In this document: positions 40,500 to 53,281 of the stretch, piece by piece
Position numbering within the stretch: position 1 is the first letter of the stretch
Layout of the letters: each line of letters starts with the position of its first letter
From: Octopus sinensis
Taxonomy: Eukaryota
Length of the DNA stretch: 64,000 nucleotides
Assembly (NCBI RefSeq): GCF_006345805.1
Contig: NW_021831991.1
Coordinates: forward strand, 404-64,403
Reading direction: 5' to 3'
Notes under the pieces: generated by a model
Told to the model about the DNA's origin: nothing
Seen by the model: the letters and a program-made list of their open reading frames with translations, nothing else
Database searches by the model: none
Made by a program: the position numbers and the translations under genes

Positions 40500-41213
40500 A
40501 ATTTTATTATTTATGTCTTCCTGTAAAGGTATGTGCTACAATACACTTGTTTGTCTTAATATTAACTCTCAATCTGGCCATGTCTATATATCATTACTTT
40601 GCATCATTTAAAATACTGGTTTGACAGACAGGGTGTCTAAACTTTGCACGTTCGTTTCGACCTGCTAGAAATAGAAACCGAGTCTCCCTGGTACAAATCG
40701 CCGTTCTGTATCTCTTAATATTTTCACCATTGTATAACTGATACCTGCGGTTTTGTCTGTTTCGTACGCTGCATTTGTCATACTATTCTCTTTTCATATC
40801 TTTCTCTGTAATAGGCTCTGAATTGCAGCTTTTGACTTTGAGGACTCATAACACTTACATTAGCGAGAACCAAAGCCTGAAGATATGAGATTCGATGTCA
40901 AGTATTAGTAATGCATTTAATCATTCTTCTAATGAGACAATAATCTTTAATGGACTTGAAATTATTAAAAGAATTCTTCCCTCTGTTCTGTCAGCTGATA
41001 CATTTGTCTTAGCGATTTGTACCAGGGAGACTCGGTTTCTATTTCTAGCAGGTCGAAACGAACGTGCAAAGTTTAGACACCCTGTCTGTCAAACCAGTAT
41101 TTTAAATGATGCAAAGTAATGATATATAGACATGGCCAGATTGAGAGTTAATATTAAGACAAACAAGTGTATTGTAGCACATACCTTTACAGGAAGACAT
41201 AAATAATAAAATT
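40500..41213. repeat. Perfect 202-bp inverted repeat with 310-nt spacer
   Basis: 40500..40701 is the exact reverse complement of 41012..41213. Confidence 0.95.
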
Positions 41214-43753
41214 GGCTGGCTGGTTAATCTTTTTTGTGGATTTCCTTTCCACTCACAGACTTTTACTGGCAATAAGCCTCTTTCTGAACCACTCATTCAT
41301 ATTTAATCTCTGTATCGTCCTATCTTTACTATAGACATTGAACACTGTGAGCTGGCTGAATCGTTAGCACACTGGTAGAAATGCTTAGCGGCTTTTTACC
41401 CGTCTTTACGCTCTGAGTTTCAATTCCTCAGATTTCGATTTTAGGTTTGATCCTTCGTGGTCGATCAAATATATACTAGTTAAGCACTGGAATAGATTTA
41501 ATTGACCTATCTCTCTCCTGAACTTGTGGGTTAGTGCCAAAATTTGAATGTGTTATGATAGATAGTGAATACGGCGATCCGATATTAATCGTTCTCGCTC
41601 TGGACAAAATGCTCACAGACATTTCATCAGGCTTTATTCTCGAATTAAAATATCGCTGTGATCGATTTTGTCCTTCATCTTTTCTGGCTCGACAAAATAA
41701 GTCTCAGTTAAACACTGGGATCAATGTAATCGACTTATACACTTCTCTAAAATTACTCGACTTATACTACAATTTGAAACCATTACTGTAGAAATTTAAT
41801 ATGAATGATACAATTTTGAGTAGATAATAATCTTCATTTAATATTAAAATTTTTAGTGACGTTTAATTTTCCTCTGTCTATTCTTCCAAAACCTTGGCTC
41901 ATTGCCGTGAATTGTTTAACTATTCGCATAGTAAGCACAGAAATGCTATTTGCAGACCAAAAGAAATTATATCTGGAAATAATTCATTATGATAAGACAG
42001 TAAAAAAATCTCCCATCATAATGACATGCATTCCCTAGAAACCCACTTCTAAATCCCGCCTATAAACCATCTTCAACAATTAGGAATCCCAGCTGCACAC
42101 GTTTTTCTTGCAGCTGTTGTGTTGCAGTTGTTTTAAAGGAAGATAAACAGCATCAATCGAAAAGGGTCTCAAAGTATGGTGAAGGCTGTACGATGAGCAA
42201 AATTTCCATTCCAATACTCATACACTAACATTAATTATTCTTTCACAAACATTTATCCTTTCACTGATGTAAAAATTTAGTCCGCGTGGACTCTCCTAAT
42301 CAATTATACAGATCCTACACTTATTTCAGTTAAGCATACATTTATTGATCATTGTTTCTCAAATTGATGTTCCTCTTTTGATATAACACAATGAAACTCA
42401 ACACCTTGGTGAAAATAAGAACGAGCGCCGATCCATTCACGCATCTATCCCTGTATGCTTATACACACACATTTACATATCGTGAAATGGGGTTACTTTG
42501 AACCGTTTTAGACTTTTTATTGCTATAATTTCATAACCTTTTCTTCAATCTTAACAAAATTTGACTATGTTAAACTTATATATGAAATAAAAATAAGTTG
42601 CAGTCAATATTTGATTACTTTTTCTTATATAATTGTCGCTGTTCAATGTAACCACGAATCAGTAGTATATTTTTGCTTATGTTCAAAGTTACTCTTATTA
42701 GTCGATCCAAACTACAAGTTGATCCTAAAATAAACAAATTATGGTTTAAAGAATTAGACTTTGCAACAGAAAGAAAAACTGATTCTGGTTATCAAGCCAT
42801 AATAAGAAAAAAAGGAAAAATTTGGGGTTACACCTCATTAATTCTAAGGGTGAAATATTGTCCATAAATAGCAAAAGCATCAAAAAATCTTAAATACCTA
42901 ACTTATATTGGGCACTATTAGTTTGACCCGTAGTAGCAGCTTGCTTACTGCCGGAAATAATGATCGGGATAACTTTGAAAGGCATGTAGTACAAGTTTTT
43001 ACAAAGATACCAAAGTTATAAAAACACTTCAATAGAAAATTATTAACTAGTTATATTAACTAGTTATATTGTTACAAAAGCTTGTACCTTTTATGCAAGA
43101 AGGGCTTCAACTGAAATTTGCTGGGAGTTGAAGGAGTTGACAAATTCTTTCTTTGAGTAGATAATCAAAGTTGCAGCCCTAGTTTTAAATTCTTTTGATT
43201 TTGAAAACTATTAAATCTGGTTTTCTTGCTTCAGTATCTATCCGCTATCTCCCAATAAGTGTTTCAATCCTAAGTGGTATACATCATAAAGGTTTCAAAA
43301 GTGAATTATTTAAATGTATAAATTTATTACATATCTTGTTGTTGCGTTTTATTTTTATTGTTTCGTATTGTTTTTGTGTTGTTTTTGTTTAGCACTATTC
43401 GACCAAAATACCAGCAGCTGTGACAGTTGTGTCGTATTTGCAGTCCTAATGCATTTAGAACTATATTACCCAATGAGTCTTTCTATTTCTGAAGGACAGT
43501 AGGGTCTAATTATAAAGAGAACATCTCCTATATGTAGCAAGTGGAATGACCATCAAGAGAATCCATCGTTAGAAATCCAATAGTGCAATGCATATTTATA
43601 CGTTATGAAAGGAATCTGTGCATATTTACAGAATAGCGAATATACAATATTATTTATATTGATGAACCAAAAAATGGATAAAAAGTCCTTGCTGAGCCAT
43701 TGGCTCTATCATACTGGTTTCCTCAGATTTTGCATATATATAGCCCTCTGCCG

Positions 43754-43856
<103 letters not shown>

Positions 43857-44366
43857 GTTGAGGGGACTGGAGAAACGTGATATGAAATGTTTAGCTCAAA
43901 ACAAATAACGCTTTGCTCATTCGAGGTATCGCAACCACACCCTTAAAATCATTCGTGCAATACCACAATTGCTAAGCCACGTGTCTCCATACATCAGCGT
44001 ATATGAAAACGAATATGTATACAAATTATGTAAATAGAAACATTGCATGTATGGATGTAGCTACCTTTGTTTGTATTATCATTCGAGAGTAAATGACAAT
44101 GGTAGCTAATGAATTTACTAGTTTAAGGCTTAAATTCCCAAGATTTTAATTTCACTCAGAGCATTACTGGTTTTGGAATCATGTCGTGAACTTCATTTCC
44201 ATATGTGTTACTAAATGTCTGTAGATATTGACAAAAGAACAATTGTAATCTTTTCATCCTCTGTATCGAAGTAAAGTGATTGAACCTGTTTTAATTAGGT
44301 AGTTGTAAACAGGCTTGTTTAAGGTAGGGTATTATTACATATTCACAATACATACAAATTGTAACA

Positions 44367-44599
44367 TTATACTGAATCAGTCTGGTCAATTTCATCTTTA
44401 AGTTTCTCGGTTTCCTCATCTACTTCAATAACCTTCTTGGGTGGTAGTATGGCTAATTTCCCAAAAACGGATTGATGTTTGTTTAAAAAGTTTTGGATGC
44501 TTGGGAATTCGTAAACAATTTCACCAGTATGGTAGTTTGGAGATTCAGTGGTATCTGTCTCAGGTAGTAAATGTTGCATCCCACGTTCAGTCAGTGTAC
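44367..44599 (-). CDS. SLC23A1/2-like: SLC23/NAT transporter terminal coding exon (GTLTERGMQHLL...DQTDSV*)
   Basis: Acceptor tttacag, 233 nt, continues PG-TxxERG as in SLC23 C-termini; stop agrees with ORF 44367..44579. Confidence 0.9.
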
Positions 44600-46837
44600 C
44601 TGTAAATATTTTAAGAATGTCAGCTTTGAAAATAATAAATTAATATATACTCACGATTTAAATTTACAAATGTTTCCTTGCTCATTTATCAATTTTAATT
44701 TATAAATTATATTATGAATATATACTAAATATTTATTATTCAGAATATTAAAACAATAAAATAACTGTGCATTGAAATACAAAGGAATGTCAGATAAATT
44801 AGCCGAGAATAAAATATGCACATGTAAAAGTATCGAATTGAATATGTATGTTAATCTGAAAGAAATACTCGAGTATCATCTTAATTTAACTCATCCATAA
44901 AATGTAATCAGATGAACGATAAATATCTCACTGGGTAGGTTATTAGGGTACTGTAGGTTTCAATGAATATGGTGGATATTTCTTCAGCCCGGTAGACATA
45001 AGTAAGTTGTTAAGAAGATAAATGGAAAAATATATGATATAAACAAATAATTTTTGTTCAGAAGATCCGATATCTTGTACATACAGACAATCATTTTGAC
45101 CTCCATTAGAAAGTGAAATTCAAACACATCAAAACGCTAACATTTCCAAGAGTACATTTTTAAACTATGGCACCCGTTACATACAACATCTGTTACAATA
45201 GCCCAAATACATATACTTAAAGGTGAATATCATGTGAGCAAGCTGACAGAGTGTTTAATACTAGCCAAACGATCGGTGACCTATGTTAGTACTAATGATC
45301 TGTGTCCAGGTTCAAGATACTGATATGTCAATGGACAACTCAAGAACTTTAAATCTGATATTTATCCTAACGGCCTATTTCGGTGAACCGCCAAGTTACA
45401 GGGACATAAACGCACTAACACCGGTTGTCAAGAAGTGATGGGACACAAACATACACAAACAAAGACACAAACAGACAAACATAAATATATGGTTTCCTTT
45501 CAGTTTCCATCTTCCAAGTCCACTCACAAGGCTTTGATTGGTCCTAGACTATTGTAGAAGACACTTGCTCAAGGTGTCACGCATTAGGACTAAACCCGGA
45601 ACCTCGGTAGGAAAGAGATAAAAGTGAATAAGTTACCATTCAAAAAGAAAGACACATTGCGAAACATAAATACACTTCAGTACATTGGCAATTCCGAAGA
45701 AAGATTTTGTTTAATATAATTTGTCTATTTATTACAATCAGTACTATCTAATGCTTTACGGATCTTAGAATACGGACACAATCTAAAGCTACAAAAGTTT
45801 TAAATCATATGTACATAAGGACTGTAATGGAAATTATCCCCTCATAAAAGTGGTTGTAATAGGAGAAGGCTCTGGAGAGGTTATAAAACAGTATTCACCG
45901 ACGAGACATTTGATTGTATTGAATTCTGAAGTCCAGTGCAAATACTGTATTTATTAGCTTTCCATTTTCAAAAGAGAATAACATTAAGCTGATAACATAT
46001 CTCTCAATTTTCTGAGGTATTGGTTAAATCATTGATATTTCTTACTCTCAATATTTTCTTCCTAAATATTAACAAAATATTATCTATCCTTTCTCAACAT
46101 ACGAAGCCTTACAACCTATAAAGTATTTTACTATCACTGCGAAACAATGTAAGCGTTAAAAGAACACTAAATATAATCTTCTGGAATAATCTATAAGCAA
46201 ATCTAGAATCTTGGTTTCAAGCTGAAAGTAACAGAGAAAACGAAACAGAATATAAAAATTAGTGTTCTAATTATTTCTATAGTTTTAAGTATCGGAAATA
46301 ACCACGGTCAATTTTAAGGTGGTAATTAAAAACATGCTAAGAGTTAGCTAATACTATTTCTTGGCAGCGCTGATCAACGGGAACAACTTCGAAGTCGAGT
46401 AACTTAATAAGCTGCATAGCCGGAAGTATAACTTTTACATTTTGCTTGATATCTTTTTTACTCAGATAATTAAATTAGTAAATAGTAAATGGTAACTTTA
46501 TAGGGTTATTATCGCATGAAACTGCTATAGTAATTCAGCTTCTGGAAAATAACGAAATTTTTCAGAGCTAGTTTTTCAAGTAGTTTATCTTATCATAAAC
46601 GTAGCAAGCTAAGTGAAATATCTGTTTGAATTACAATCTGTCTTGGTCTAAGAATCTTCCTTTGTTGAATAATTTAAATCTTATCAACAATGAAAGAATA
46701 CCTTTATAGGCAATCAGCTCCTTTGTAAGGAAATAGACAATTCCTTATGAAGCAGTGCGCCGCTTTAGATTTAATATTACTAGGAGTGAATCCTAAACAA
46801 TCACAGACGCTGATGACAACTTTTTGTTTAATATATC

Positions 46838-47445
46838 TGTGTTTAGCCCATTCTGGGTAGTAAAGAAATCGCTATTTCGCCTGTCTAATCTTCTGGGTTC
46901 AATTTCCGCCGAGATCGGCTTTGCCTTTCATCCTTTCGGGGTCGATAAATTAAGTACCAGTTGCGCACTGGGGTCGATCAAATCGACTGAGCCCCAATTC
47001 CCCCAAAATTCGGGCCTTGTGCCTAGAGTAGAAAAGAATATCTAAGGCGGCGAGCTGGCAGAAACGTTAGCACGCCGGGAGAGATGCTTTGCGGTATTTC
47101 GTCTGCCGCTACGTTCTGAGTTCAAATTCTGCCAAGGTCGACTTTGCCTTTCATCTTTTCGGGGTCGTTTAAATAAGTGCCAGTTACGCACTGGGGTCGA
47201 TATAATCGACTTAATCCGTTTGTCTGTCCTTGTTTGTCCTCTCTGTGTTTAACCCCTTGTGGGTAGTAAAGAAATAGTTATTTCATATGTCTTAACGTTC
47301 TGAGATTCAAATTCTGCCGTGGTCGACTTTGCCTTTCATCTTTTCGTGGTCGATAAATTAAGTACCAATTACGTACTGGTGTCGATCTAATTCACTAGCC
47401 CCTCCCCCAAATTTTCGAGTCTTGTGTCTAGAGTAGAAAAGAATA
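46838..47445 (+). mobile_element. Cluster of tRNA-derived SINE family 2 units
   Basis: GGCGGCGAGCTGGCAGAAACGTTAG head, GAGTTCAAATTC B-box, GGGGTCGAT motifs. Related copies at 27111..27320, 34901..35290, 41345..41545, 41620..41790 and 48428..48610. Confidence 0.85.
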
Positions 47446-48125
47446 TTTTGTTTAATATCTGCGGGCATATTAAATGAAATTGTCTTTTCTAGATATAACA
47501 ATAAAACTTCTGCGATGGATTTGAAATGCCGAATTATCACGCTTGTGCCTCATTTATTCTTGTTCTTTTTAACCTACTGATGAAGACATCAGCTATAATG
47601 ACAGGTAATTTCGCTGAAAGCTACAAATTCAAATTTCATCTGTGTGCCACGTAAACCGAAATACAGCAAGCCTGTCATGGGAGAACGGAAGTCAAATTAC
47701 TTAAGACCTAAACATAACGACACATGGCTCACTTAATGTGGATACATTTATTACCGAAATATTTCGACCTTTGAAAAATATACTAAACTAAAACCATCTT
47801 GTCGAACATACTTGCTGGTTAACCAAGAGATGTTCTTGTTCTCTGTACAAAGTACTCCCACTACTTGTAGGTGGCAGCTACTCCACAGTATGCGTTTTTA
47901 TCGTGAGTGTTTCACGGGCCCAATACAGGTTACAAAATATAAATTACCGACATTAATAATAAGTCGGATAACATTATCTCCGCACAAGTTAAAACAATAA
48001 AAAAAAATTTCGCTTTCGCTGTATCACAGTATAGTTTCAGTGATGAGATTTTAACATGCTCATTATAGACAAGTGAATTGACTGAAGCTATTGAGTTATA
48101 GACGTTTAATAATTTATATACATAC

Positions 48126-48221
48126 CTGGTATCGTGTTGTCTAAGAAGATAGCCGATAATGTTCCAACAAAGGTTTGAGTTCCCAGAACAATTTTTAATA
48201 CTTGATCTAGCTCAAAATTAC
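48126..48221 (-). CDS. SLC23A1/2-like: SLC23/NAT transporter exon (GNFELDQVLKIVLGTQTFVGTLSAIFLDNTIPG)
   Basis: Found by searching for the expected LDNTxPG motif. Acceptor tttgtag, donor gtatg, 96 nt (phase 1 to 1). Confidence 0.93.
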
Positions 48222-49630
48222 CTACAAAACGAATTGAAAAATAAGCAAGCACGCATTATCACTTGAAGTAAATGAATGTAATTACAATGACTTTAAACAT
48301 CTAGAACATACGCCACTCTCCGATATTTTTCGAATTTTCAGTATTATCTCTGGCATTGAGCGAAGTTCACTGTTAAAAGTATTTTGGACAGATTTGGATT
48401 TAATTTCATAATTTTCTGGTACACGTAAGGCGGCGAGTTGGTAAATCGTTGGCGTGCCGGACAAACTGATTAGCAGCATTTTTGTCGGCTTTAAGTTCTC
48501 GGTTCAAATGCTACCGAGGTAGACTTTGAGATTTCGATCCATCCGGAGTCGGTAAAATAAGTACCAGTTGATGTAATCGACATACCCTCTTCCTTAAGAT
48601 CGTTGGTATTGCGCAGTTAGTTTCTAGTACACATGTTGGATGATTATGTTTATCTACTGAATTCATTGCGAAATTCGTCCTGCTGTCTACATTTATCTAG
48701 AAAGAGAAAACAGTTTTCCTTCGTCAGGTCAAAATAGCACAACAGATCGTGTTGGCGACGTAACTGAAGATAAACACATTTCTATTTGGCCAGCCTTTCA
48801 TCTTTGAAAGGTTGGTGATAGTGAACAACATTACCTGAATTAAAGGGTATCTTTCTTATGCACCTGTTGGGCAAGAAATAAACCCTAAGAGAGGGAACTT
48901 CCTCTGGTCTGGTTAATAAAAAATCAGAGAAGTCCCTTGGTTTACCCCTGGCAATGGTTCCTGTAGAAGAGTATTTCCTTTCTTGATATTTTTCTTATCA
49001 TTGTGTGATTTTTCTTCTTCTAAGACCCCGCATTCTTTGTATCTTTGATTTGTATTGCTCTCATTGTTTCTCTGGCTAAAAGATAAATCCTCATCATTAT
49101 CATTATTGTTGTTGGTAGTGATGTTGTATTTGTCACTGTTGTTGTTGTTGTTGTTGTTGTTAAAAACAATGGATGGAGGGTTTCATAGCTTAGTGAAAAT
49201 ATATTTTAACTCATTAAATATTGTTCGTTTACAATCTAAGTTCAAATTCTGGCGTGTTGAGTTTGCCTGCCTTCCTTCTAGTGTTGATAAATACTAGTCA
49301 TCTAGTGGCATCCATATAGTTACTTGTACGTCTTCCCAATTTTAGCGCCAATTTTCGACATTTTTATTATACTTCATCTGAGAGTCTGAATAAAAAATAT
49401 TGTTTCCTAAACTTGATTTTCCTCAGAAATTCTGGACAGATACAGTCACATAAAGAGAAAAGATCACATCACTGTCTCTTGCTTTAATAGCTCTTGAGAA
49501 ACAACCTCAGCAGGATTCCAATTTAGGACTTAAATGAATAACTAAATAATACATAGTATCTTGTCTGATGCCCTACAATTTATGCTAATCCATTTCACCT
49601 TTGAATGAAAAACGTCAATTAGATTCTTAC

Positions 49631-49901
49631 CTGTATTGATGTCATTTGGATATGTGTAAAGCCATGATGAAGAAACCCAACTCAGACCCAATGAAGTTCC
49701 AATAATCAATGTATTGCGTGCGTTTAAAGCTGTCTTTTGCAGATTGGTGAGACCTACTGATAACATCATAGTAAGCCCAGTGAAATTGATGGCTCCCACT
49801 ACAGGATCTGGAATTGTAGCTAAAGAAGCAGCCACTTTACCCAATATCGCCATGATGATAAGCAAAACACCTGCTATGTTCAATACAATACGACTTGCAA
49901 C
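49631..49901 (-). CDS. SLC23A1/2-like: SLC23/NAT transporter exon (VASRIVLNIAG...IPDPVVG...RNTLIIGTSL...NDINTG)
   Basis: Acceptor ttttag, donor gtaaga, 271 nt (phase 0 to 1). IPDPVVG and RNxxIxGxS motifs; matches ORF 49542..49883. Confidence 0.95.
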
Positions 49902-50701
49902 CTAAAATATAGATTAGAGAAAAAAGTTTGGATTGGTTCGTTGTGAGAAAGAAATATAATGACATACTTGCTACAATACTGTGTGCCAGTGTAAAAGAAT
50001 TTTGATAAACTATATCTAATTTACAACAGAATCCACTGAAACTGGAACTCTGTGCCTAGCTGCAGAAATTTATATATACTTTTTCAGTACAAATTACTTT
50101 CTAATGTGGCACAAAAGATTCTACTGGCCGGTTAGAAAAATGGTGACACAAAATGCATGTTGGTGTCTATTATTGAATATGCAATTTCAACTTTTAAGCT
50201 AAGATATAGTTTTCAAAGGAAGTATAATTTTAAATGAGCAGATTAGGATCTTTTCCTTTTGATGGGCAACTCGATTAGTTAACTTTGTTTAACTAAACAC
50301 TTTGAAACTTCGGATGCTAGTAGAATGTGTCATATAGAATATCTTTTACTCCTTTTGTCCCTGTTATTTATGACATATTTCATCTCAGTTACGTTCGTAT
50401 GAACAACGAGTGCATCTGAAGTACGTTTACTTCATGACACCACTATAATCATTCGTGCATTTCTACTGCTTTTAGATTCTTTTTTTCCTGTTTTTCAGCT
50501 ACTGTTTTTGGAAAGACTTCCTCCCGTCCCCATCCCCATTTTCTCGCAAATAATTGTTTTTTATATTATTTATTTATTTATTTGCCAAACACTCAGCCTT
50601 TTGGATACGGAGATTGCGAAAATTACCAAAAATCGGAATTTTGAAATTTTTTACCTTCCTTAATCCTCCCCTGCAATTTCTTCATTTTTCACTTTTTTGC
50701 G

Positions 50702-50785
50702 TAACCCTAACCCTAACCCTAAAACCGTAACCGTATCCGTATCCATAACCCTCACCCTAAAACCCTAAACCTAACCCATACTAAC
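50702..50785. repeat. Degenerate interstitial (TAACCC)n telomere-like tract
   Basis: TAACCC x3.5 followed by degenerate units (taaccg, tatccg, tcaccc). Confidence 0.7.
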
Positions 50786-51824
50786 CGTAAGTAGAAAAAT
50801 TGTAAATTTTTTAAAAGCTAAAACCAGTACAAACGCACGAACGATGCCATACATAACAGTGACAAACGAAATATACACTGCCGGAAGTTGTTGACAAATA
50901 ACAGCAGTAATTTTATTCAGTTGAATACACGTCATTGATTGATTGAATTTACCGAAATACAACAACTTTAACACGAAATAACTTCGTAAATAGAAACTTT
51001 TCTCAACAACGCTAAGAGTAAAATATGTTCTATATGACACATTCTACCAGTATACGAAGTTTCAAGTTGTTTAGTTAAAGAAAATTAACTAATCGAGCTG
51101 CCCTTGAAAAGGAAGAGATCCGGAGATTAGGCCGCAATGTCTAGGCTTTCTCGTTGGTTCACACAGAGATAGTTGAGAGGCTTGGAATGCATTCCTGTTG
51201 GAGTTCAATTACTATGTGTCATGCTCATTTCATTTTCAAAGATTTATTTACTGGTATTTAATTTTATGAAAACTACTCAGACAGCATTTTATAACATGTC
51301 TGATGATTTCACCCAATACTCAGACTTTGCCTACAGTGCACAACACTCTAAAACAGGCCGATATAATAAGAGAAAATTCGTGAAAAAGGCAGAAGGTAGA
51401 TGTAAAAAGAGAAAGGTTGAAAACACCGGGAAACGAAAAAAAAAGTTATGATAAGACTGAATGGATAGGGGCCTTGAGTCTGTGGTACAGCTGGTCAATC
51501 CGGTGAGGGTGGTATTTTCCAATTTGCCACGAGGAAATTATCTGTATGTTTACATCTTACTGAATATATCAGCTTTGGAATTCAGCATTCTGGTGGAATT
51601 CTTAGCTCTGAAAAGGAACTGTGATCTTTCAGCTACGCATAGCTTACATTATTTGATCCAGTCTGTCTTTGTTCACTCAATTGTTGATTTAGATTTAGTC
51701 GCTCTTATTAGAGCGTATATTATTATAAAAGAAAATAATACATAATTACAGTTTTGTATGTATGTATGTATGTATGTATGTATGTATGTATGTATGTATG
51801 TATGCATGTATGCATGTATGTATG

Positions 51825-51928
<104 letters not shown>

Positions 51929-52118
51929 ATATATATATGTATATATAAATTAGTTGTTATCGCCATATTAATATGGCAGTCTTATAGATATAAGACTAAA
52001 GCTGTCGCTGATTAGCTCCATGAGGCCATCGCCTTAAGCTAGCTATTTGACACACAAACTGTGTCCATTATAACCTTCGAACAAGGGAGGTCAGCCGCTT
52101 CACACTGCCAGTCAGACA

Positions 52119-52161
52119 GCTACAGACGCGTTTCAGGGTATTTGCCCTTTGTCAATGTAGC
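52119..52161 (-). ncRNA. Identical hammerhead copy, sense to the SLC23 pre-mRNA
   Basis: Exact reverse complement of 52365..52407, inside intron 49902..56331. Confidence 0.85.
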
Positions 52162-52364
52162 TTTAGTCTTATATCTATAAGACTGCCATATTAATATGGC
52201 GATAACAATTAATTTCCAGTAACGCTGCCGTAATCTCTTTTAGAGAGACTTAGTAATTTTAATATTTCTATAATTGAAAACAGGTGAATGTATTCCACCG
52301 AAACTAGGTAAATAAAACCTTCGAACAGAGACGATCAGTGGCGACACCTGCTGGGTCTGACTAC

Positions 52365-52407
52365 GCTACATTGACAAAGGGCAAATACCCTGAAACGCGT
52401 CTGTAGC
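52365..52407 (+). ncRNA. Minimal type I hammerhead ribozyme, U3-A8 core variant
   Basis: GCTACA-TTGACAA-AGGG(CAAATA)CCCT-GAA-ACGCGT-C-TGTAGC: perfect 6-bp stem I, 4-bp stem II, palindromic stem III, GUC cleavage triplet. Confidence 0.85.
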
Positions 52408-52632
52408 TGTCTGACTGGCAGTGTGAAACGGCTGACCTCCCTTGTTCGAAGGTTATAATGGACATAGTTTGTGTGTCAAATAGCTAGCTTAAGGCGATGG
52501 TCTCATGGAGCTAATCAGCGACAGCTTTAGTCTTATATCTATAAGACTGCCATATTAATATGGTGATAACAATTAATTTCCAGTAACGCTGCTGTAATCT
52601 CTTTTAGAAAGACTTAGTAATTTTAATATTTC

Positions 52633-52635
<3 letters not shown>

Positions 52636-52668
<33 letters not shown>

Positions 52669-53246
52669 GTTGTCTATTGACTATTTATACATGCTAGGCC
52701 ACTGGTGGTGATATTTATAACGAATATTCGCCACGCTATAAATGTTTCTTATGAATATGTTCTTAGCATTCTCGAAGATTCAGCTCGGCATTGTATTTAT
52801 TGCTGACTGTAAATGCGCCTGCGCGCGGTATTTTGAAAAATTATAACATATAATGATGGGGCACGTGTTATCTTGTCTCTGAATTATAAGTTAGTTGTTG
52901 AGGCCGGTTACTGACGAGAATTCGCCTGGTGGAGAATATTGTTCTGCTAAATTACCTATTAAAGAATGGCAAATAATAATATTATTTTCTAAAGAATTTC
53001 GAAACCATGGTATAACCGTTAAATAACAAGGTAAATTTTTTTCTTTTTCATTTACTTCGAAAGTTGCTATTAAATTGTGATTTTGGCCGTGTTGGCTGCT
53101 ATTTCTAGCATGTAAAAATTACTTGTTAAAGGGTAATTTTCTATTTTGAAATATGAATATGTTGTCTATTGACTATTTATACATGCTGGGCCACTGGTGG
53201 TGATATTTATAACGAATATTCGCCACCCTATAGATGTTTCTTATGA

Positions 53247-53281
<35 letters not shown>

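Larger units (their letters stand above)
51947..52634. mobile_element. Penelope-type terminal fragment: inverted segment plus partial tandem unit, carrying hammerheads
   Basis: 51947..52161 is an inverted copy of 52365..52579; 52160..52270 is a direct copy of 52524..52634 (period 364); (TA)n on both sides. Confidence 0.7.

Noticed and set aside
43160-43185. TAGGGCTGCAAC hAT-like terminus on the minus strand
   Set aside because: No matching second TIR or 8-bp target site duplication found.
44145-44295. ATTAAA candidates for the SLC23 polyadenylation signal
   Set aside because: Common by chance in AT-rich DNA; cannot choose without 3' end data.
47045-47130. tRNA-like A and B boxes
   Set aside because: They are SINE heads continuing into SINE bodies; no complete cloverleaf supported.
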